From Psammoneis japonica (taxonomy: Eukaryota), in NCBI GenBank assembly GCA_008632985.1, contig QPGO01000065.1, positions 248,001 to 312,000 on the forward strand: DNA of 64,000 bases, read 5' to 3'. The notes beneath the pieces are model-generated. The model was not told where the DNA came from and searched no databases. It saw nothing but the letters and a program-made list of their open reading frames with translations. Position numbers and translations under genes: made by a program. Numbering within the stretch: position 1 is the stretch's first letter; each line of letters opens with the position of its first letter. This document shows positions 27,032 through 40,279 of the stretch, in pieces.

Positions 27032-29483
27032 GGTTGGCGTGGATGTTTGGATGGATTCGTTTGACGTTGTTTACGTTTGGGAATGGAATGTTGCTGCTAC
27101 TATCTACTATCCTGGATCCGTCGTTGTTTGATGATCTCATCTATCGGCATAGTGATCCGGCTGCATTCCGTCCCAGCTTCGTGATGCCACGTATCCCCCC
27201 CGTTTTTAACCAAATACCCACCTCGATCGACTAACAGTATGCAGATACGTAGTTCAGCACACTTTTGGGGGCCTAGAATGGGGGTGAACGTTAGTTACTA
27301 ACCAATCACTGAATGTTGACTCTCGCACTTGCCCGTGTAATAAAGGTGCTCCACGAAAAGTTAGTTCTATTTTGAAACACCAGATACCACGAACAATACA
27401 TACCTGTTACATTCTCGCAAGGCATCTGTTTGAAGAGTATGAGACTGATAATGCTCATATCTTGTGTAATTTGTGGCTCTAGCTGGGGTCAAAGTCTAGC
27501 TAATTCTTCCAAAATTTCGAGTCGAATGGGTCATACGGGATTCAAGACACGTGACTCACTGTACAATTGAGCCTTTTTTCTCCTTTCTCGACTCCGAGAT
27601 TAGATGATAACATCAACACAAGACCTATTTCATGGCTATATTCTACTTTCTAATTTGTCTTTGACCTCGTGACAACTATATCTGACCTCTTTCATGATAA
27701 ATGGGTGAAGCAATCCACGAATGCTCATTTACAAGCCGCACTTTTCTATTTTCAGATTTGACATTTGTGTCTTTGCGATCAATCTAGAGTATATACAAGC
27801 CAGGGAGAAGCTCTATTCACTATTATTTATCATTCTATAGAATAACAGCATCAGAATATTTTGTCAACCATGTTTGACTGCTTTTTTCTTGAACCGTACT
27901 CCAACTTCATTCTTCATTTTCACTCTCATCCGCCCGACTCTCTCCCATTCAAGAATACTTGGCTGAATGCATTACAGTTGCATTATCAAATTCTTCAAAA
28001 ATATTCGTCTGGTCAACACCATTGATCAAATGGGCTTGACGATGTGACGACGACGTTGGATTCGTCGATGTGTGCTCATGCTAGGTAAGACAGTGAGAAT
28101 TGGCTGCGGCGGCAAGAAAGTTGAGTGAGACAACAAGTGGTGAGCCTCGGATACATTGATAACACCATTTTGATTTTCAACTTACTTGCCTTTTAATAAA
28201 CTCGGACTTTAACTCAGTGGGTGCCGAAAATCCGGCAAATGGTGAGTTGATGCGTCGTCTGCATGCAACATGGCGTCACGACAAAGCGAAACGGTATGTT
28301 TCAATATTTCTCGCCAAACTGTATGTCTCCGAATGGATGATTACAACGGTATATCGATGAGGGTCTAATAGAGCTTCTGTTGTAATGGTCCAAGAAACGA
28401 CGAATGTTTAGACACCTTATCTACCGCGTCAATGTCATCGTCGGCTCCGGCGGGTTTTTGACAATTTCTCCGTGTTGTCACCGCGGTGATGGTCTGTACG
28501 CTCATCCGGAGCGCGCCTGCCATGCCAGTTTCAAGTTACTTAAGGCCTGGGTCTCATAGCTGCGCTCGCTCGCTCTCGCTCTCAGATCAGATCGTCTGTC
28601 CAGCGATCCACATACAGTAGACTACATACATTGTGTATGTCTCTATCTCTCTGCTCTGTCTGTCTGTCCTCGTGGAATCTTCCCGCCACGGAGTTAGATC
28701 ACACCGGTGGGTGCCGGTGTTGTTAGAGCTCAACAACAGTTGTTACATGCCACAAAGAATGTTGCAAGGCCCAAATCAGTTCTTGTTGGTGCAAGATTGA
28801 TTGTTGAGAACTTGGTGACTCCTCGGTGTGCCAGGTGGCGTGGACTTCCCGCGCTGCGAGTTGCCCAGCAGTCGCACTCACCAGATTTTGGCCTGGCTGC
28901 AAGTGGATGGCTCACAATTTAGCCAGTTGTGTTTCTGTGAAAGGCTTTTGATTGAATGCCGCATTGCTGCTTGACAGCACAGAGTTGCTGCTCGCCCTCC
29001 TGCGCTGTCTGAGGCGTCATCTGCTTGGAGCACTCCCGGCTTGGGAGGTCTGAATGCAGTGCTCGCGTGTTGGAAGAGACGCACCGAACGCACTTTCTTG
29101 AGACATGCCGAACCTTTCAGTGCACTCGACTGTCGAAACAGGCTGAAAAAAGGACAGCTGCCGCCATGGGGCTCACACAGCTGTTCAATGCCACAGAAGT
29201 TGGTCAACTTTGGCAGGATTTTTTTCGCAGAATTCTACGTTGTGCACAGCATGCCATGCACAAGGTTTGAGTCACTCAAGTTCCAAGCACCTCATTTCAG
29301 CAGGAGACACAGACAGTGTTTGTTGATGATCAGTCAACACTTGCAAGCATGTCCAGTGGACAGCCTTTTCAGTGTGGCAGCTTTCTTGTTCCAATGACCT
29401 TGGAAGTGGAGTCACTTGTTGGCGAGGCCAATGCGCAGCTTTTGTGTGAGGAGTTGCACAAGTGTTTTCTGCGTGAGATGCAT

Positions 29484-29595
29484 TCCAGGTCTAGGTGGGA
29501 CCTCGCACCACTGAACTGTGACATCGACAGTTTTTTGAATCTCGTCGCATGTCGCGCACGTGGAATTCTACGTGATTTTTTTACATTTTGTGTCA
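29484..29595 (+). repeat. ~110-bp dispersed repeat, second copy at 38475-38588
   Basis: tccaggtct(a/g)ggtgggacctcgcaccactgaactgtgacatcgacagttttttgaatc... is shared by both sites. Confidence 0.85.
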
Positions 29596-29995
29596 CACCC
29601 AGGCTGTCCAGCAGTTCCTCCCAGCCAGATGGAAGAAGAAGAGAAAAGGAAAAGGAAGGAAAAAACAAACATCAACGAAGCTTTGACAGGGTGCGCTGCA
29701 GCAAAGAGTGGGTTGCTCCAAGGCCCAAGCACAAGGACAACACTTCTGTGATTTTTGTTTGCACAAAGTGCTGGGAAGAGAGAGAAGAGGTTGAGTTTGT
29801 TGCAATTGGGAGATGCAGTCACAAACCAGGCAAAGTGGGAATTGAAGTGAGGCAAGTTTTCCACCATGATGAGTGCTGCTGCAAACCATTTGACTTGAGG
29901 AAAGCTGCTCTCAATGAGAAACCATGGGCACGAAGTTCTGAAGTGCAACAAGGAAGAGAATCTGAGGACAACCTGATGCAATGGTGAACAGAATG

Positions 29996-32900
29996 GAAGG
30001 ACATGATGCTGGAAGAGAGGTGCCGCCAGGTGATCACATCAACTTTGGGAAAAAGGTGAAGGCTCTGGACAACAGAAGTTGCGAGTTTTTGCCCTCCTCC
30101 AAATGTGAAGAGGTGGACAAGTGGGAGCACTGGAGGGCCATGCTCAGATTCCAGCTCCACATGTCCAACTCCTTGAGCATGAGTGAGGAGCTGGCTCCTT
30201 TTGTGTTGGACAAAGAATTGTTCCAGGAGAAGCTGCTGCAGGAAGGCCAATTTTCCATTGCCATGATTGAGAAATGTGAGGTGAGACCCAAGAACCACCA
30301 CTTGAAGATTGCTGGTGTGTCTGCTCTTTTAGGAGGACACTCATTGCTGCCAGAAGGAGAGAAATGTGTCCAACAGTTGACACACAAGGATGCGTTCAAG
30401 TTTGAGAAATTCATGAAGTCAACTCATTGCAAGGAATCATGGGAAGGAAAATGGAGGTTCGCTCCTTCTTCTTTCCTGACCCCCTTGCATGGATTCAGGA
30501 GGCTCTTCATTGTGAATGATTTTCAGTTTGTTCAGGTCAATGCAGGCAGTGAATGCATTGTTTTCAAGAGCACAACCAAACATGGTGGAGAGACCTGGAG
30601 CATGCACAAGGACAAGTCATGGAGGACAAGCATCCACGGGCATGTGGGCCACATGCCCACATGCGATGCTGACCACAAAATTGACCACTCAAACATCAGC
30701 ACAGATCAAAGCCATGAGGGCTTGCACATGTCTGCAAAGCACCTGCTGGCGGCCTGTTCCAGCTCCAGGTGCTCTGCTTTTCATCACGCGAGAGGCCGAT
30801 TTTCTGCGCAGTTCAGCACAATTAACTCCTTCAATTTTGATCGTTTCGAAAATCGAAAGGTGAGTGCACACCCAAAAACACATGCAAAGTGCACACTTGC
30901 CCTTCGAGAGCTTGGGAATGACCTGATCTGGCATGTTTCCCCCTTGTGTTTTCAACACACATTTGCAAAAAGCGTTAAAAACAATCAGTCTTTTAAAATC
31001 ATTTGTGATGCAATCATGGAAAAAATGTCCCAATGCGTTCGACGCTCACCATGCAAACAGCACGACAATGGCCGAAATGCCATTCGTTCTTGAAAACTTG
31101 GTGGGGCAGCCTCCAACTTTTTTCAGGGTGGTGTCGCATTTGATGTGGGCAACAAACTCACGAAGAAAGTTGGAGGCATCCCCACCTCCATTGCGCTCAA
31201 CAAACAGCATTTCAGCCATTGTTGTGTTGTTTGCACGGTGAGCTCAGAATTCGCGCTCAAGCCATTTGAGCGTGTTTCTACAAATCACACGCATTCACAA
31301 AAAACACTGTCTTGTTTTGTCTGTTTTTCCAGTGAAATTTCCAAAATGCCCCCAAAAACAAGGAATTTCCCACTCTGAAGTCATTGCAAATGACTTTCAA
31401 GTGTGGGATCTGTGCACGCTGCAGGGCCCCACCCAATCTGGCGCCTGCAGTTAGAAAACAAAAAAAACCAATCACACAACAAGGCGCGAGTTGCAACAAG
31501 AAATTGATTCAATTGCTGAGCTGAAAAGTGCGGCAATGTCAGCAAATGACCCTGTTCCTCCTGCAGGTGGGCTGGGTGGGATGACAAACAATTTTGGTGA
31601 GCATGAGTCACAATCAGAAAAGGCTGATGAGCCAGGGTTTAGATTTGCCAGGAAGCCAAGTGAGAGTGAGCAAGAGGAGGAGGACATGGAGAAGCAGGAG
31701 GAAGAGGAGGAGGAGGAGGAGGTCCAAGATCCACCACCACTGCATGGTGCAACATTGACCCAGCTTGGAGGATCCATTTTTGGAGATGGAGTTCACCCAG
31801 AAGGTGTTGTCATGGATGCAAAGAGCAAACGCAAAAACGAGGCTGAGGACAGGTGCATTTGCCAAGAGGCTGGTGCCAAGAGTGCCTGCAAAACTTNNNN
31901 NNNNNNNNNNNNNNNNNNNNNNNNNNNNNNNNNNNNNNNNNNNNNNNNNNNNNNNNNNNNNNNNNNNNNNNNNNNNNNNNNNNNNNNNNNNNNNNNNNNN
32001 NNNNNNNNNNNNNNNNNNNNNNNNNNNNNNNNNNNNNNNNNNNNNNNNNNNNNNNNNNNNNNNNNNNNNNNNNNNNNNNNNNNNNNNNNNNNNNNNNNNN
32101 NNNNNNNNNNNNNNNNNNNNNNNNNNNNNNNNNNNNNNNNNNNNNNNNNNNNNNNNNNNNNNNNNNNNNNNNNNNNNNNNNNNNNNNNNNNNNNNNNNNN
32201 NNNNNNNNNNNNNNNNNNNNNNNNNNNNNNNNNNNNNNNNNNNNNNNNNNNNNNNNNNNNNNNNNNNNNNNNNNNNNGAAGGACATGATGCTGGAAGAGA
32301 GGTGCCGCCAGGTGATCACATCAACTTTGGGAAAAAGGTGAAGGCTCTGGACAACAGAAGTTGTGAGTTTTTGCCCTCCTCCAAATGTGAAGAGGTGGAC
32401 AAGTGGGAGCACTGGAGGGCCATGCTCAGATTCCAGCTCCACATGTCCAACTCCTTGAGCATGAGTGAGGAGCTGGCTCCTTTTGTGTTGGACAAAGAAT
32501 TGTTCCAGGAGAAGCTGCTGCAGGAAGGCCAATTTTCCATTGCCATGATTGAGAAATGTGAGGTGAGACCCAAGAACCACCGCTTGAAGATTGCTGGTGT
32601 GTCTGCTCTTTTAGGAGGACACTCATTGCTGCCAGAAGGAGAGAAATGTGTCCAACAGTTGACACACAAGGATGCGTTCAAGTTTGAGAAATTCATGAAG
32701 TCAACTCATTGCAAGGAATCATGGGAAGGAAAATGGAGGTTCACTCCTTCTTCTTTCCTGGTCCCCTTGCATGGATTCAGGAGGCTCTTCATTGTGAATG
32801 ATTTTCAGTTTGTTCAGGTCAATGCAGGCAGTGAATGCATTGTTTTCAAGAGCACAACCAAACATGGTGGAGAGACCTGGAGCATGCACAAGGACAAGTC

Positions 32901-33189
32901 ATGGAGGACAAGCATCCGCGGGCATGTGGGCCACATGCCCACATGCGATGCTGACCACAAAATTGACCACTCAAACATCAGCACAGATCAAAGCCATGAG
33001 GGCTTGCACATGTCTGCAAAGCACCTGCTGGCGGCCTGTTCCAGCTCCAGGTGCTCTGCTTTTCATCACGCGAGAGGCCGATTTTCTGCGCAGTTCAGCA
33101 CAATTAACTCCTTCAATTTTGATCGTTTCGAAAATCGAAAGGTGAGTGTACACCCAAAAACACATGCAAAGTGTACACTTGCCCTTCGA
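29996..33189 (+). repeat. 912-bp near-identical direct duplication (29996-30907 and 32278-33189) flanking an assembly gap
   Basis: The copies differ at only ~8 nt by eye. May be a tandem duplication or two haplotypes scaffolded in series. Confidence 0.9.
31897..32277. other. Assembly gap (381 N)
   Basis: Run of N. Confidence 1.
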
Positions 33190-33292
33190 TTTGGCAAAAA
33201 ATGGATTTGGAAAAAGTCAATTGCGCCAAATGCACAAATTTCCAAATGATGGGAATCGAACCCGTGCGGAGCACCTGGAGCTGGAACAGGCC
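33033..33292. mobile_element. MITE-like non-autonomous DNA transposon, 27-bp TIRs, 4-bp TSD TGGC
   Basis: ggcctgttccagctccaggtgctc(t/c)gc at 33033 and its reverse complement ending at 33292. tggc on both sides (33029-33032, 33293-33296). Removing it restores the reading frame (..KHLLA|TFTGEDVTRE..). Confidence 0.8.
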
Positions 33293-34817
33293 TGGCAACC
33301 TTTACAGGAGAGGATGTGACCAGAGAGGTGGGGCATGTTGGTGAGAAATTCACAGGCATTTGCAAGAATGCACAGTTTCAAGGATGTTCAGAACTTTGGA
33401 TTGAGGTGCCAGATGACAAGGAACTGGCTGATGGAGCAACAAAAGGCAGATGATTTGGAGAAACAGCTCAAAAAACAAGGCAAGGTGAAATTTGATAAAA
33501 TGTTGAATGCTTGTGTGGTTGTGCAGCACGTGGCAGACAAAACAATGAAGGAGGGGAAAAGGAGATGCGCTGACAATGTGGGGTCAACAAGGAAGTTGAG
33601 TGGACAGCCAATGCAAAAGTTGGAGATTCTGGCAAGGGAAACAAACAACTTGAGCAAACAGATGAGTGTGAAGAGGAGCAGCCACAGCTTGCAAAGAGCA
33701 GTCAGCAGAGGCAGGAGGAGGAGGAAACCAGTTGGCAGAGGCCAAATGCAGGGCTGAACCTCAAAGGACAAACAAAATGACAATGAGAAGAGTCTCCAGG
33801 TGTGAAGGCACAATTGACAAGGGCGCTCCATGCCTCCCCAGGGAGTTGCTCCATTTTGCTGCCAAGACTGGGCAGGACTTGGGTCCACAAAAATCAGTGA
33901 CTTCAGACCAATCCAGAAAGCAGCCTCTTGGGTGGCTGTGCACAACAGTCATGGCAAAGGGTGTGGGAAGGAGGGAGCTAAAACAGAAATCAAGGAAAGG
34001 AATGCAACGACAATGGGCTGGCATGGTGAGTTGCTTTGTGTTGGTGGCATTGTGTGGATGTGGGATTCAGAGCGTGCAACAAACCGTCACTGCCAAATGA
34101 CAATGGAAACATGAATGGATGAACATGACATTTCACAAAAACTGCAACATCAAAAAACGTTGTCACCGATGATTGCAGAAACAACAAAGAGGGACATTTT
34201 GTCACACAGTGGCGTGCAGGTGCTTTTTGCACTGGATCAGCAAATCATTGGTCTGGCACAGCTTCAACGGCATGCTTTTTTGATGGGATTGAAAACAAAT
34301 CAAAGTGTTCATTGCACTGATGTTTGATGCTTGAGGGGTGATTCGCACAGCAGAAATCACACGCGCGTGTTGCCGGATCAGCAAATTCCTGATCTCACAC
34401 TGTTGCCCTCAGTGGAAATTTTGGTGGATCTTCCACCCATGCGTTCAGCATTGCTGCATGGGAGCTGTGGCTGGAAACAAGTCTTGCAAGACGCGCAGGA
34501 CTTTGTGTGTTGTCAGGAAGTCTGAGTTCAATGAGCAAGTGGGTGGAGCAACAGGTGAGCAACATTTTGTTGCTCAGCAACTGTCTGTGCAACATTTTCA
34601 TGGTGAAGTCGCTCGTTCTTTGAGATGCTTGTTGTCGGTGGATCTTTTTGTGGTCGTCGAGATGAGGTGACAAGGGCGGTCTGAGATGTCTGACCCAGAA
34701 GCAAACAAACAAGCGACCCGAGAGATCATGGACAGACACAGCGCAAGCTGTCAAGAGATTCCAACAGCTTGGGAACCGTCAAGGAACGTTAAAATTGACG
34801 CCCGAACAAAAGCGATG

Positions 34818-34935
34818 CTCCACCCAGGGAGCAGTGATGCTCACAACATCATCAATGTCATTGTCACTCCACTCTCTGGAAGCCACAATGAGACAGCCCC
34901 TCGCAAGTTCCAGCTGCTCCCAAAAGATTTTACAG
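34818..34935 (+). pseudogene. Hypermutated copy of the HDAC fragment at 50212-50325
   Basis: HPGSSDAHNIINVIVTPL versus YPGSSDAHNIINVPITPL. Nucleotide alignment continues through cccctcgcaagttcc(a/g)gctgctcccaaaa. Confidence 0.8.
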
Positions 34936-37792
34936 TTGGTGGGCTGAGCGCATCCTGCAGCAGCTTTAAGTTGGCCATGACAGCAGGCACAAGAAAGGTC
35001 CACGTGTCGACATTCATGTCATTGTGAAGATCAAGATGAAGACTGCAGGCATGACACATTTGAGATCATGTTTGCGCGTCAAAGACGATGACAATGGAAA
35101 TGCACCCAAGAAAGGTCTTGTCCATTCAATGCATGAGCAACAAGATGCCCCTTGCCTTCTTGGTTTGGATTGGTCACGTCTGCTCCCCGTTTTGGGCAAA
35201 TGCAAAGGCACAAAGGAAAATGACGCTGACTTTTCTGGGTGCTCTGCATCGAGTTTGAGCATGGCACTGCCAGGGTCGTTTGTCTTCGTGCAGCTGATGG
35301 GCACCGACAGTGCACGTGTGTCGATGCTTCTTGTCTGGCAGTGCCACTGGAGTGGGCGGGAATTCATTTGAGCTGGCGGAAATCACGTCAAAGCACCGCC
35401 GCGAGATTCTGTTGATGCCAAGGCCAAAACTGTGTGCTCGGAAGGCAAGCATCTCAGTCTTTTTGAAGCACATGATGGTCTTTGACGCACACCAAGAATT
35501 CCGCGATTTGCAAGATGGGCAATGTCTGCACCATGCTTTTGCTCATTTTCTCTTGTTCCTGCAATGATGGCGAGACATGCTGCAAAACACAGCGGAGAAA
35601 TCCGCGATTGCAAAAGAGACAGCTTGAGGAGTGCACCCAACAAGTCTTGAATTCACTCTTTGACAGCAAGCGGGATGGGATCACTGTGGGTGTTGTCTGC
35701 CAAGCCTTGAGTCCAACTGGCTTCCATCAAGGACATGGATGGATTCGCACGCACGTGTCGGTCAGAGCAGCTCCTCGAGGCTGGCTTGTGGATGAGGGTG
35801 AACGCCGTCCGAGCGCAGGCCTTGCATCCCACCAGAAATGAGAAAATGCTGCACCGATTCAATGCTCGGCCCTTCCTTGATGTTGGCGGCGCTTCGGGTG
35901 AGAAGGACCGCCCCTGTCACTGCGCTCTTCTTCCTCGGAAGAATCGTCGGGGCCCTGCGTGAATCGGGGTCATGCGTGTTGGACCACATCAATCATGCAG
36001 CAAATTCCAGCTGCCTTGCAGCTTTGGTTTTACTTGAGGAGTGATGCAGTCATTTTTTTTGTTGGCCATGTCTGTCATTTGCAACATTCCCCGCAAAGAC
36101 GTCCAGCAAAACGCCGCTTCAGAAGCGAGAATTCGCAGAGACACCAAAAGTCAAAACAATGACACGACGTCATTGCAGCAATGAAACTCGTCGACAAAAG
36201 GGACACCACGTGGGAACCATAGATCCAATGAAATGTTGGGCGTCGACAGTTGAAAGAAAGTGATCCTCGGACCGATGATCATGCAAATCTCGCCGCTGTC
36301 CATCCAAGAATGCAGGAATTACGACCACACGTTCTGCCCCACTCTGTGATGCAGAGCCCGCAATGCTTGCCAAAAATCATGCAAGTCAGATGATCCAATC
36401 ACCATTTGGAATGTTTGCACGTGAGCACCGTGGCAGATGAGAGGAAGCAGCATGATCAAAAAAGGCTGTTGTCATCTTTTGGATGAGCAAATCACGGGTG
36501 GAGCCATCACAACCGATGACACTGGCAGAACTTTGCTCAGTTTCTTTCACGTCTCCAGCCAGTGATGGCTGCTCGTGTGCTCGTGCACAGCACACATCCA
36601 ATGAAGCGCAAGTTGTCTCAGTCAGACGAGAAATGATGTGCATCCGCGATGCTCCTCGACTGTGTTTTTTCCCATGTGCTGTCACACCAGATGAGCCAAC
36701 GCAAGTGTTGATTGAAGAGGTGATGCTCTGGTGCTCACCCCATCCAATTCAAAATGTTCTGGATGCTCAAACACAACATGCGTTTTGCCACGTGCCGGTG
36801 GACCAGCTGTGCATGGGCTTGTGGCAGTGTCCTGTGTTAATTGCGTTCTCTAGAATCCAAACTCGGGTGGACCGCCCATCGCATGTCCCAGGAGCATCTC
36901 AGAAAATGCCGGCATGTTGCTCTGGACTCTGTGACGTCCTGCATTTCTGGCGATCAACAAGATCTTGGTTTCCACTTAAATCGTGCATTTTGCACCAACT
37001 GTTCTTGAAGGCTGCATCTCAGCCCGTCTTGTTTCCTCAGCAGCTCATTCTTGTTGTGATCTGTCAGCAACATGACTTGTCACTCAGCATCGCTTCTCAT
37101 GTTCACTCCATGCATGACACCGACATTTGTGTCGGTTGAAGAACTCACACATCTCTCAGCCTTGCACGACAAAAGGCCAACACATGCCGAGAGTGTTGCA
37201 CATTCAAACCATTTTTTTTTCGCCAATCGAATCGAATCAAGACAATGTCACGACTCATTTGTGAAAACTGGTGAGTTGTCGTCCAGTCAACCATCAACTC
37301 GCTTGCAGCGAAAGACACCCGATGCCCCGACATCGCACATCGTGCAAATGCAGCAATCTAGACAGAAACGTGTTGCAGGAGTGCCAGACATTGTCACGAG
37401 CAGAAGATCTCTGACAACAAAGTCGAGAGGCTCCTTTCCAATTCAGAGTGCTGTGATTGTGCGTCGCTTCCAACATCATCATGGGAATCATGGGGATTGT
37501 GCTGTCCGCGGTCGCCAAAAATGTCACAGGTGTCCTCAATTCCGGGTGACCAGGGAGTCCTGCATGGAGTCCTGCACAATTTTTGTTCCACATGTCTTTC
37601 ACAACACACCGCAAAGACCAACCATGAGCACCGGCTGCACTGTCACCATCACCCGCCATGCGGCAAATGCCAAGCGACGTGCAAGCGAACCACCAAAAGA
37701 GGCTGGTCGCAGGCCCACCACAAGCACTTGACGTCGCAATGGTGAGCTCAGCATGTCTGGTTGGGGGGAAAGATAAAGAACAATCATCCTTC

Positions 37793-38158
37793 TGCACTGT
37801 GCTCAAAGAACGAGTGCAAATAAAAGCAGAACGAAGTTCGAAAAGTGAAAATTATGAGATTGAATTTTGCTCTGTGATTTTTGGTTTCTCCGAACAAGTT
37901 CTCAATGGCCCAAAGCTTCTGTGCTGCTTCTGCAGACAAAAGGCCTTTCGGAGAACATGTTCGTGACAACAGATTGTCCGGATGCGATTGCCATTGACAC
38001 GCAAGATGTCAACATCGTCAATCGATGCACCTGCAATTCTCGACATCCGATCAACTCTGTGTGATCGTTCTGTCCTTTGTGCGCATCCACGACTGTGGTG
38101 CGATTGACACACAGACAACATGCAATCACAAACATGCATGCAACAGTCGCGTGCTGCA
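37793..38158 (-). repeat. 3' LTR (hypermutated copy)
   Basis: 366 bp, aligns to 44778-45141 with nearly all TA changed to TG/CA. Confidence 0.9.
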
Positions 38159-40279
38159 CTCCCTCCCCATTGCACATTGCCGGCAGAGTCATTTGTTGAG
38201 TGGATTGTTCGATGGACATTGACAGTGTCAACAATGTCTCCACGTTCACTGCATTGTGCCACCGGCAATGGACTGTTGTTGTTTTACACAGGCCAGCACA
38301 CACAGGGCCGTTTCATTTTCCAAATGTCTTTCGAGAGTGTCATGGTTTGTCTCACGCTTTATGTGCACATGTGATGAACATGAATGTGCTGTGGTGTTGC
38401 GTCGAGCATTCTCTCTGACATTGTTTTGTTCATTTGGACACACGGACCAATTGTCCTGCTGTTCTTTCGACGCGTTCCAGGTCTGGGTGGGACCTCGCAC
38501 CACTGAACTGTGACATCGACAGTTTTTTGAATCACGTCGTATGTCACGCACGTAGATTTCTACATGATTTTTTCGACATTTTGTGTCATTTTACGGTGCA
38601 CTCATTGAGCGATCCGTCCAACAACTTCTGACATTTTTTGTTGCAGTGCGATTCCATGATGTCACAAGAATCGCGCAGGGCAGGCGCATTTGCAAAAACG
38701 TCGAGTGGCAAGAGGCATGATTGTGCCACAAACTTGGCCGTTTATTTGATGTTGAAGACAAACACATCCATTGATTAAATTCTCGCACTGCGGAGCTCGC
38801 ACGTGGAATTCTACGGGCCCAATGTCACACGGAGTCCCACCTGGGGCTGGAACGCGTCTTTCATGGCATCGATTGCACATGGCATTTTGCCCAGTGCTCG
38901 ATGTGCACACTTGGTTGGCATTCACTTGCTTGCTTGTGGATTTCATGCAGTTTGGCGGGCTCACTTTGTGTGCCATGTTGCTCTGCTGCACTGCCACGTT
39001 TCTTGAGTGCTTGGCAATTTAACGATGGTCAAGGACACGACCATTTCGTCTTGACAATCAATCCTGTGATGGTTGTGAATTCCATTGTGGATTTTTGCAC
39101 TTCAACCATCTGTCAGTTGGGTTGCAATCGTCATTTGGACGTTTCTTTTTGACACGCCGGTGTTGTTTTGTCATTCCGAAGGCACTGGTTTCGTGCACCA
39201 AGTGGATGAATGTCCTTTTTTCTTTTCTTTTTCTCAATCTTTGGCACATCCGATCCCGTGTGTCGACATGACAAGTTGTTTGTGTCTTGCCTCGTACATT
39301 GTACAGTACAACCATGCGGGTGTTGTGAGATTGTCTTTTGCCAGTGTGAAGTGGATGCTGTAATGTCGCACACCAATCTGTCACTGTTTTTTCCTAAATC
39401 GTCCTTTAAAAAGGCGATTTTATCCTTATTATGATGTGAGCATTTTTCGATCTCGCTCGCCTCCACGAAAAGTGTTCGTATGATATGTCGCGTCCGACAA
39501 TTTGGAGGGAAAGTCTTTATCCCGTTTTAACGGTAGGACATTGTCGTAGGATTCAATTTTTTTCATAGTAAGTCGGCTGATCGCGTCTATCGCGACGATG
39601 TTCGCCTTGCCCTCGATGTATTTTAATTCGGGACTGAAGTTTTCTATTGTAAGTCGTCAACGTATGACTTTGTCCGTTGTGTCTTATGATCCGTATATAT
39701 ATAAATGTGTTGGCCGAACAGTATATTTCGGAATTTTATAAGTGTTTTCACTATGGACAGAAGTTCTTTTTTCCGTTGTAACGTATAATATTGAAATACG
39801 TGTATGATAGCAATATAGTTTTTGATTTGATACGCTCCTTATTTTCTGTGTTAGACCGACTCAGAGGGACAGTACACCCAATTCCTGAGGGACACGACAC
39901 GCATACAAGTGCCATACACAGACACATAATCAATCGCACACAACACGCACAATTTCCAAGGGACACGAAACCCTCACAAAGTTTTACCAAGTCAATTTGC
40001 ACGCAGCAAACTGCGGCGCAGCACAATGATGCGAGCCGCCGGTGTCCCACTTTACGGCGTGATATCTCTATGATACTTTCACCGATTTTCCCGTTGCTTA
40101 TTTCATTCTTAACATAAATTGTACAATACATCCAATGACTTTGATTCCATTGTGTGTCATTGTGAATTATGGATTTCTGTTTTGTTTGAAACCATGCAGC
40201 AATTTCAAATTTGGAGAAGCGCGCACTAGGGAAAGCGTGTACGAAGGATGCAGGTTGTGCAGCATTTCGATTCCCAATG

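Larger units (their letters stand above)
28750..39290. other. TpA-depleted hypermutated repeat domain B
   Basis: TA nearly absent, residual sites mostly YTAR. CpG partly retained, especially 34-39 kb. Long Tyr-free ORFs. Confidence 0.9.

Noticed and set aside
33245..33270. tRNA gene (minus strand GGTTCGATTCCC T-loop/B-box)
   Set aside because: No acceptor stem, D-arm or anticodon arm is evident, and it lies in the MITE subterminal region.
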